Source: a virus. From it: a DNA stretch of 64,000 bases. Under the pieces are notes generated by a model. That model was not told where the DNA came from. It saw nothing but the letters and a program-made list of their open reading frames with translations, and made no database searches. This document shows positions 57,492-64,000 of this stretch, one piece after another. The stretch covers positions 9,895 through 73,894 of the IMG/VR virus record IMGVR_UViG_3300032061_000001; one strand, given 5' to 3'. Positions within the stretch are counted from its first letter, which is position 1, and every line of letters starts with the position of its first letter. The position numbers and the translations under genes were made by a program.

Positions 57492-58502
57492 TTATTCTAT
57501 AATGATTACACAATAACACCATGGGTGCCGTGGTGGAGGTTGAACAACATGATCTCCTGGTTTCTTTGACCAGTTTATATCTCTTGGTTGGTCTATAAAT
57601 TCCGAAATGAGAAATCGTTTGGGTCTGCCATCCTTATCCAGATACATATCTTTGCAAAGCCTGCAGGCAGTCGGACGGACTTTGACAAAGAAATATTTCG
57701 ACCCGCGATCCAATCCTCCAGATAAAATAGCATAGTTCTGAGAATAAGCTGTTTCGGTCTTAACAATCCTATCCAAATCCCTCATTACAAGAGCTTTATC
57801 TCTATTTATACTGTGGTATATGTCGCTGGTCAAGGACCGCCAAGCTTTTTGATCTAAATTTTGCAGGATGCCGGTTGTAACGTCTTTATTGAATTTGAGA
57901 AGATTTATCGCGGCATTATCTGTTTCTCGGCTGATCGCCTTATCCCAAAATAATCCGGATGTCTTTTGAATATATTCTATTCTGGCCTGATCAAATCGTG
58001 ATAAAGCTTTATTGGATATCTTCTTTCTCGCTTCCGAAAGGGAATCATTTTCAGTCAAATTCTTTGCAAACTTTCCGAATAAATAAGCCTCTCTCAATCC
58101 ATTATTGAGCAATTGCGTTTGGGGGAGATAATAGGCCTTGATCCCTTTCAGCATTTCCTGGATCTCATCATCAGTTAATCCATTCCACCATTCTTTTGGG
58201 TCGAATTTCCGGCCACTGAACTTTTTAAGTACATTCTCAATATGTTCTTTTTGGTTGCCGCGATTTAATCCGGATGTCATTTCTTCCAGGAGTTCGCGAA
58301 TATATTTATCAAAGGACTGTTCTCCTGTAATAATCGAACCATTAGATCCAATTACTACTGCCTTTTTCATATCATTGTAACTGACATCCGGTAAGTTCAA
58401 TCCTGGATAATAGGAATCCAAATGGTCATTATGAGATAGACCAGTCCGGACTCCTTCCGTGAATATTCCGATATGAGTTTCGTCATTGCAATGCTGGCAC
58501 AT
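57492..58502 (-). CDS. MuF/gp7-like minor head (head morphogenesis) protein
   Basis: RDLDRIVKTE, ACRLC, PPRHPWCYC. Confidence 0.85.
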   Translation of the reverse strand: MCQHCNDETHIGIFTEGVRTGLSHNDHLDSYYPGLNLPDVSYNDMKKAVVIGSNGSIITGEQSFDKYIRELLEEMTSGLNRGNQKEHIENVLKKFSGRKFDPKEWWNGLTDDEIQEMLKGIKAYYLPQTQLLNNGLREAYLFGKFAKNLTENDSLSEARKKISNKALSRFDQARIEYIQKTSGLFWDKAISRETDNAAINLLKFNKDVTTGILQNLDQKAWRSLTSDIYHSINRDKALVMRDLDRIVKTETAYSQNYAILSGGLDRGSKYFFVKVRPTACRLCKDMYLDKDGRPKRFLISEFIDQPRDINWSKKPGDHVVQPPPRHPWCYCVIIIE

Positions 58503-61500
58503 TAAACAACCTTTTTGAATATAATCTTTGGAATCCTAGCAGGGAACAAATGATAAAACGATTTACCAAAGTTCTCTTTTAAAGTAGCCTCAATCTGTGG
58601 CTTAACCATTTCATATTTTTCTTTTGTCCAATATCCATCCTTATTAAAATATGATGTATCATTATAATGGTTAACAGCCGCATATTGTTCTACCATTCTG
58701 GCAAATACTTCGCAAGATCTATTCCAATAACCACCAGGAGCCTGAGTCTTTTTTGAAGCTTTAGTAAACGTTTTTCTTCCAGTTATCGTAAGATGACCAA
58801 TTGACGTATTATTCAATTCGGAAGCATAACTTCCCCTCGCGGATTTAGTTGAATTCCCTAATTGATCGTCCATGAAATGGGCGAACTCGTGAGGAAGAAC
58901 AAATTGCATTTGCTTTCCTATAACGACTGTTGATTCAGTCGGAACATATAATCCCATTGCTTTTGTCAAATAAGCCATCTTCTCGCCAGAATAAGAAACC
59001 TTCAATTTTTTTGACTTCGCCATTTTGGATAACAGTTCTTTATTCCCGATTGCCTTATAGGTTTCGGATATAATCTTTTCCAGTTTTATTTTATCGGCAT
59101 CAGTCAATTTATCTCCATTCTGTCTTTTAATCATAACACCATAATCATCATAGATGTCATTTTCAACATTTGACGTCCCGAATGAGGTTTCTCGACCCTT
59201 CAAATATGCCTCATAATATGTACTCGATAAACGTTCCCTGCTCGCCGCCTGGTCAGCCCCAAATATCTCCAAGGCATCTTTAACGGATCGAGATAGATTC
59301 GCTTCTGGAACTACATATCCGCTAGAAAATCCCCTGTTTTGACCGGAATTATAGAATGATAACATCATTTTGAATCGCGATAATGGGAACGTCGCCTTTA
59401 TTTTATTTTGGTCTTTTCCAACCTCACTCTCGATCATGCCGGTATCTTCATTATATTCTGCTCTTTGAAAGAAATTGTGCGCGCTCCCCGCCCCGCCGAC
59501 ATTTTTGATATTTGCCAATAATGATTCGGTTGCATCGCTTTTATCATTAATTTGATTATAAACCTTGCGCTGAATTTCCATTTCAGCCTTCCATCCGCCC
59601 TTCATCTCGATCATTCCTTTATCACCCAATTGAACATCCGGGGAATAAATAAATGACTTTCTAATTTGTGGACGTTTTTCTGGTTCTGGTTTTTCTTTTG
59701 GATAGATATATTTGTCTTGTGAAACCGATGCTCTTAAAAACACCCGACCATCGACGATTTGATATCCGCCTTCAATTTTATATTCTCTCGGGTAGTATCT
59801 TTCCGAGGGTTCCCTTTCAAGCCGTTCACTTTTAATTAATGATGATTCAAATTCTTTGAAATCATTAAAGGCCCTTTTTACCAATTCATACCCCTTTCCT
59901 TCCTTCTCCAATTGGGTAAATTTAGTGAATCCTGCAGTAGTTAAATCAGGGAGAAGGAAGGCATGATCGTCCTTAGAGTAGTCATAATGTTTGCTATCTC
60001 CTATTTGTGTAATTTTTGGTTTAAATTCATCTTTTCGAACTTTTATTTCTCTTCCCGAATGAGATGCCTTATTCTTTGTCCAATATTCGGAAAGCAATTC
60101 ATCAAAGTTAGTATTAGGCTTGGAATAGAATGTCGATCCGCCATATTTATTGGAGATATATTTAGAAAATGCCATTGGCAAATCTTTTGCTTTGTCTTCA
60201 CTTATTCCTAATTTTTCTGCATATTCGCTTGTGCTTGTATTCTTTGCTGCATCGACTAGCCAATTTTTCTGATCTCCAATCAGATAATCTCTTTTATTTT
60301 TAATGCTCAATGGATATTTAGAATCGCTTAATCCCCTAATAAACTTCCCATGATTATCGCCATATTTATCAATTAAACCGCTGGTAACGTCCCGCCCGGC
60401 TTTCTCAAGACCGGGGAATGCCCCTATTACTGCATCTCTCTTTAGTTTATATAAATTCCTCTCGAAATCATTCTTTTCATTTGTTAATGCACTTGAATCA
60501 TCATAATACTTTTTGTATTCATTGGAATTTCTCCTTATCTTTCTTGCTCTCAAATCATTATAGGATTCATTTAGTTTTTTATTTCTTTCGATAAATGAAT
60601 CTATCGTTGGCTTCGATATCTGATCTATTGCATCTGCTAATTGCTTTGCCGTAGATCTTAAATTTTCGTATCCTTTTTCATCCAACTGCCCGAAATATTC
60701 CTCCTGTTGATCTTTTGACAACTTCATCAATTCATCAGGAGGAAGAATTTTAGGCTTTGGGAGTTCTTCTTTTGGTCCTCCTTTATAAGCATTTTTATTA
60801 CCAAGCATCGCATCGGATCTGTTTTTTGTTTTATCTGCCTCTGTTTTTTCCCGGTAATCAATATATGCATTGAGTAACAATTTTTCTTCCCCTATATCTC
60901 TAACAGCCTGAGCTGATACGGCTGCTCCTGTTCTTCTTCCTCCCATTTTATTGAATTCTCTCTCTGCTGCTTTTGCATGTTGAGCTATTTCGGATGACAT
61001 CATTTTTACTTTATCCTTAAGCTCATCAATGCTTTGTTTCCCATAAAGCTTATTTATTCTTTCAAATTCAGGATGTTGAGTTATGCTTATTTCCGTTTTC
61101 TTTTCCTCTTTTTGAGGGACAATACCAGAAGATTTTGCTGCATAGACAGAAACATCATCAGGGGTGGCATTGGCACCAACTATAGAAAATTTATCATCTG
61201 CATAAGCCCCTGTTACCTGTTTACCTTCTTTAAACCATGCCCACATATCGCTTTTATTCTTTTTCCATTCAAATCCAGCATTGTTCATCTTTTTAATAAT
61301 TAATTCGTTGGCATTTTCTTTTTTAGCATTCTGATTCCCTTTCATACTTTTAGAACGATTTTGCCTTTTCTCGGCTTCGATTTCTTCCTTAGTTTCCCCA
61401 GAATTGGCAGACATTTTTTCTTTATATTCTCGTGAAACTTTTAAAAATCCCTGTAATGTAGCATCCGGGTTATCTTTGAAATATTTATCCTGTGCTCTTT

Positions 61501-64000
61501 TGGCTATTGTTGCTTTCTGATCTTTAGAAGTGGCGGCATGGTATTCTTTGAAATAATCATCCAAGGTCTTTTCTTTTGCGGTACCATTAACTTTTGGCTT
61601 TCCAACTATTTCAGGTTCGCCTTTCATCTTCTTCAAAACAGCCAGAATATCTTCATCTAATGGTTTTCCTTCATGCTTGCCTTCTTTGATTAATTCATCT
61701 AGAGCTTTTTGTTTTTCTGCTTCTTTTGCCTTGCGTTCTTCTCGCTTTTTATCCCAATATGCTTGCTCGGTTTGATGCCGGTTCTCAATCTTATTTATGT
61801 TGTTTTGATGAGATTGTTTTTCATTGGTATGATGCTGAATATGATCATTTAGATCTTTTAGAACCTTTTCGACATCATGCTCTTTTTCTCCAACCTTATA
61901 GGTTTTATTTCCGGCTGCTTTGTGAGATTCAACCTTTTCTTTCATCTCTTTTGCGGCCTGAATATGGAGATCATGTTCATCTTGTTTCTTTTTTAATTCT
62001 GCGATCTTTGCATCGGCTTCTTTCTTCCCATAATCAACTCGGGTTTGTACTTGATGTCTTACCGGGGCAATCTTTTTTTCTTTGTCTGTAAAATAAGTAT
62101 AAGCCGCAACATGATGACCGTTTCTGGTATGGGATGGAACTTTGACAAAGGCTTTGTTCAAATCATTAGAGTTTTTGTCGAATGTTCCCTTATTGAATAC
62201 AGATTTGATTTGATCCGGCTCGAAAGCAATATAAACATCATTCAAAATCATTTTATTATTGGATGATTGTTCTGTAGCTCTTTTTAATATGACACCATCA
62301 TAACCATTCTCTTTCGCTATTTGAGCTATTCTTGAAGTTCCGCCTGTTTTAAAAGCAAGATCATATTTATGCACATCTCCAAATTTATAGTGGAGAAATA
62401 TTTCGCCGAATATATTTTTATCATAATCCGATTTTGAAACTCCCTTTAATTCATCCTTTGTTTCTGTTGATATTCCATTTACAGCATTTAATTTTCTTTC
62501 TGTCACAGTAGCTATTAGTGGATTTTTTAAACTTAGATATACTGGACTAATATTTGGCGACCCTTTAAACTTTTTAGCATAATGTTCGGCTACATCTGGT
62601 TTGTTAGTGAAATAAAATCCTTCGAAAGCCGATGGTGATTTTGTACTTGATCCCATTTTATCTTTATCGAAGCCATTATCTATTATTTTTGAACTGCCAT
62701 GATAGATAATCAGAGGGTTTCCTTTTTTATCAACAACTTTAGAATCGCCAAACCAGTCTTTAAAGGCTTTGCTTTCGGTCCCGTTTTTCTTCCAGTCTTC
62801 TATTTTTGATTGGTCTGAATTGATTTCTTTTGGATGGGTTAATACTTCTTGTTTTGTTCTGCTATCGTTATGAGCAATGACCGGCACCAACTTACCGCTT
62901 TTAAGATGACGAGTTGTCGCTTTGACGAAAGATTTATTCATTCCTTCTAATTCACTTTCTTTAAATATATATAATACTTCTGGATTTTTAATAATTGTCT
63001 CATTAGGATCGTTCCCCTCATGACTGTCATTCCCCCCTACAAGAATTACTTTTGATCCCTCAAACATATATTCTTTACAGTCCTTTAGATCGGATTCTAT
63101 ATTTTCGACATCAAAACCATCATATGACAAAGAGACACAACTTGTACCATCTAAATCAATTTCTTCCTCACTATATTTTCTCGTAGTCTCCTTACTATTC
63201 CACACCCTATCTCCTACTTTTATTCCGGGGGATACAACTTTGAGTCCAAAATGACTCAATCCTTTCTTTTCGGCTGATTCTACTAACTTTGTAATTTTTT
63301 CATTTAATTCTTTTTTTGATGGAATGTTCGCTTCCGAATTTTCTTTAATCCCACCAATATCTGATTCTTTAGATTGCTCATGTTTCATTCTTGAATCAGT
63401 ATGAGAACTAACAGGAACCAACTTACCTGATTTAAGATGGCGGGTTGTTGCTTTTACGAAGGATTTTTCTAGTTTATCAACCCATTTATCTGCCCTTTGC
63501 CCCAAATTTATTTTAGTTTCATACCATTCCGTTGAATATTTTTGCCTTCCATCTTCGTCAAGTTCTATTGGATGTACATATGCGTTTACAACTTCACCTT
63601 TATTGAATACAATTTCTTTTTCTTTTGGATAATTTTCGTTGGATATCTCTGTTGCCTCTACATTTTTTGGTGTTTCATTTTTATCAATATATATTTCAAT
63701 GGCATAATTTTTGTTTCTAGGAGTTACCCCCGATGAACCTCCACCTTTATGTTTATATGATAGATCTTCCGTAAAATGCACTCCGACATTGTTAAAATCA
63801 ACTTCATTTATATTATCGACAAGTATCGTTCTTTTAGCATATTTGTTGTAGTTTATCTTAGGAGTTTCTATTTTTTTTAAATTGCCTATTTTATTATCAT
63901 TTTTGGTCTTGGTCCGGCTATCAGTGTGAGCAATAACAGAGACTAACTTACCTGATTTAAGATGGCGGGTCGTGGCCTTAATGAAGGATTTATCCAGTTT
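58502..64000 (-). CDS. giant polyvalent protein, 5'-truncated by the window: repeated leaders, ART-like modules, coiled coil, C-terminal LPD1-like zincin
   Basis: frame stays open from 63781 to 64000 (KLDKSFIKATTRHLKSGKLV..NNVGVHFT); ART-PolyVal motifs; HEFAH..D..YW....EVFAR..EQY. Confidence 0.88.
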   Translation of the reverse strand, partial: KLDKSFIKATTRHLKSGKLVSVIAHTDSRTKTKNDNKIGNLKKIETPKINYNKYAKRTILVDNINEVDFNNVGVHFTEDLSYKHKGGGSSGVTPRNKNYAIEIYIDKNETPKNVEATEISNENYPKEKEIVFNKGEVVNAYVHPIELDEDGRQKYSTEWYETKINLGQRADKWVDKLEKSFVKATTRHLKSGKLVPVSSHTDSRMKHEQSKESDIGGIKENSEANIPSKKELNEKITKLVESAEKKGLSHFGLKVVSPGIKVGDRVWNSKETTRKYSEEEIDLDGTSCVSLSYDGFDVENIESDLKDCKEYMFEGSKVILVGGNDSHEGNDPNETIIKNPEVLYIFKESELEGMNKSFVKATTRHLKSGKLVPVIAHNDSRTKQEVLTHPKEINSDQSKIEDWKKNGTESKAFKDWFGDSKVVDKKGNPLIIYHGSSKIIDNGFDKDKMGSSTKSPSAFEGFYFTNKPDVAEHYAKKFKGSPNISPVYLSLKNPLIATVTERKLNAVNGISTETKDELKGVSKSDYDKNIFGEIFLHYKFGDVHKYDLAFKTGGTSRIAQIAKENGYDGVILKRATEQSSNNKMILNDVYIAFEPDQIKSVFNKGTFDKNSNDLNKAFVKVPSHTRNGHHVAAYTYFTDKEKKIAPVRHQVQTRVDYGKKEADAKIAELKKKQDEHDLHIQAAKEMKEKVESHKAAGNKTYKVGEKEHDVEKVLKDLNDHIQHHTNEKQSHQNNINKIENRHQTEQAYWDKKREERKAKEAEKQKALDELIKEGKHEGKPLDEDILAVLKKMKGEPEIVGKPKVNGTAKEKTLDDYFKEYHAATSKDQKATIAKRAQDKYFKDNPDATLQGFLKVSREYKEKMSANSGETKEEIEAEKRQNRSKSMKGNQNAKKENANELIIKKMNNAGFEWKKNKSDMWAWFKEGKQVTGAYADDKFSIVGANATPDDVSVYAAKSSGIVPQKEEKKTEISITQHPEFERINKLYGKQSIDELKDKVKMMSSEIAQHAKAAEREFNKMGGRRTGAAVSAQAVRDIGEEKLLLNAYIDYREKTEADKTKNRSDAMLGNKNAYKGGPKEELPKPKILPPDELMKLSKDQQEEYFGQLDEKGYENLRSTAKQLADAIDQISKPTIDSFIERNKKLNESYNDLRARKIRRNSNEYKKYYDDSSALTNEKNDFERNLYKLKRDAVIGAFPGLEKAGRDVTSGLIDKYGDNHGKFIRGLSDSKYPLSIKNKRDYLIGDQKNWLVDAAKNTSTSEYAEKLGISEDKAKDLPMAFSKYISNKYGGSTFYSKPNTNFDELLSEYWTKNKASHSGREIKVRKDEFKPKITQIGDSKHYDYSKDDHAFLLPDLTTAGFTKFTQLEKEGKGYELVKRAFNDFKEFESSLIKSERLEREPSERYYPREYKIEGGYQIVDGRVFLRASVSQDKYIYPKEKPEPEKRPQIRKSFIYSPDVQLGDKGMIEMKGGWKAEMEIQRKVYNQINDKSDATESLLANIKNVGGAGSAHNFFQRAEYNEDTGMIESEVGKDQNKIKATFPLSRFKMMLSFYNSGQNRGFSSGYVVPEANLSRSVKDALEIFGADQAASRERLSSTYYEAYLKGRETSFGTSNVENDIYDDYGVMIKRQNGDKLTDADKIKLEKIISETYKAIGNKELLSKMAKSKKLKVSYSGEKMAYLTKAMGLYVPTESTVVIGKQMQFVLPHEFAHFMDDQLGNSTKSARGSYASELNNTSIGHLTITGRKTFTKASKKTQAPGGYWNRSCEVFARMVEQYAAVNHYNDTSYFNKDGYWTKEKYEMVKPQIEATLKENFGKSFYHLFPARIPKIIFKKVV
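62734..62817. repeat. 84-bp dispersed repeat, copy 2
   Basis: 79/84 identical to 54010-54093. Confidence 0.9.
62852..64000 (-). repeat. three dispersed ~90-bp coding repeats (KSF[VI]KATTRHLKSGKLV.V..H.DSR)
   Basis: copies at about 62852-62941, 63383-63475 and 63908-64000. Confidence 0.9.

Noticed and set aside
54010-62817. 84-bp repeat pair as a diversity-generating retroelement TR/VR
   Set aside because: Mismatches are not adenine-specific, both copies are internal coding sequence, and no reverse transcriptase is in the window.
132-63736. Many plus-strand ORFs of 60-150 aa in the ORF track (e.g. 132..494, 10384..10770, 30726..31124, 40895..41356, 61726..62091)
   Set aside because: They are antisense shadows of long minus-strand genes, Ser/Phe/Leu-rich and without RBSs.
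63779-63781. ORF-track start (GTG) of the 1759-aa protein
   Set aside because: The frame is open to the window edge and includes another leader repeat, so the true start is outside the window.
62852-64000. Repeats separated by unique sequence, superficially like a CRISPR array
   Set aside because: The repeats are ~90 bp, in frame and vary mainly at synonymous sites; the spacers are ~440-bp coding domains; there are no cas genes.
1-64000. Alternative genetic code / stop-codon recoding
   Set aside because: Standard code gives full-length, densely packed genes ending in TAA, TAG and TGA.

Overview
The whole 64-kb window is part of a tailed dsDNA phage or prophage with a contractile tail (myovirus), about 36% GC by eye, and almost all genes are on the minus strand. 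No host genes, integrase, terminase or portal are in view; terminase and portal probably lie beyond 64000. Reading the minus strand from the right end: a giant polyvalent protein that runs off the window, a MuF-type head protein, a second polyvalent/ART protein, neck genes, prohead protease, scaffold, major capsid, sheath, tube, frameshifted tail chaperones, tape measure, baseplate, tail fibre, and a block of exported/outer-membrane proteins. After these come early genes: RecE-like nuclease, annealase-like protein, SMC-like ATPase, SF2 helicase, Rha/antirepressor, replication initiators, DnaB, two DNA methyltransferases, a J-domain protein and many small ORFs. Lipoproteins and a beta-barrel-like protein suggest a diderm host. 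The best candidate for a novel system is a capsid-packaged effector polyprotein. ADP-ribosyltransferase-like and zincin modules are strung together, each preceded by a hydrophobic-x-K-S/A site (the same motif concentrated in the scaffold, protease and capsid pro-region) and a repeated ~25-aa leader. Three structured non-coding RNA candidates are also present: a multi-hairpin RNA with two T-loops, an sRNA with an anti-Shine-Dalgarno loop, and a tRNA-like element. All protein family calls are by visual motif recognition, with no database search.
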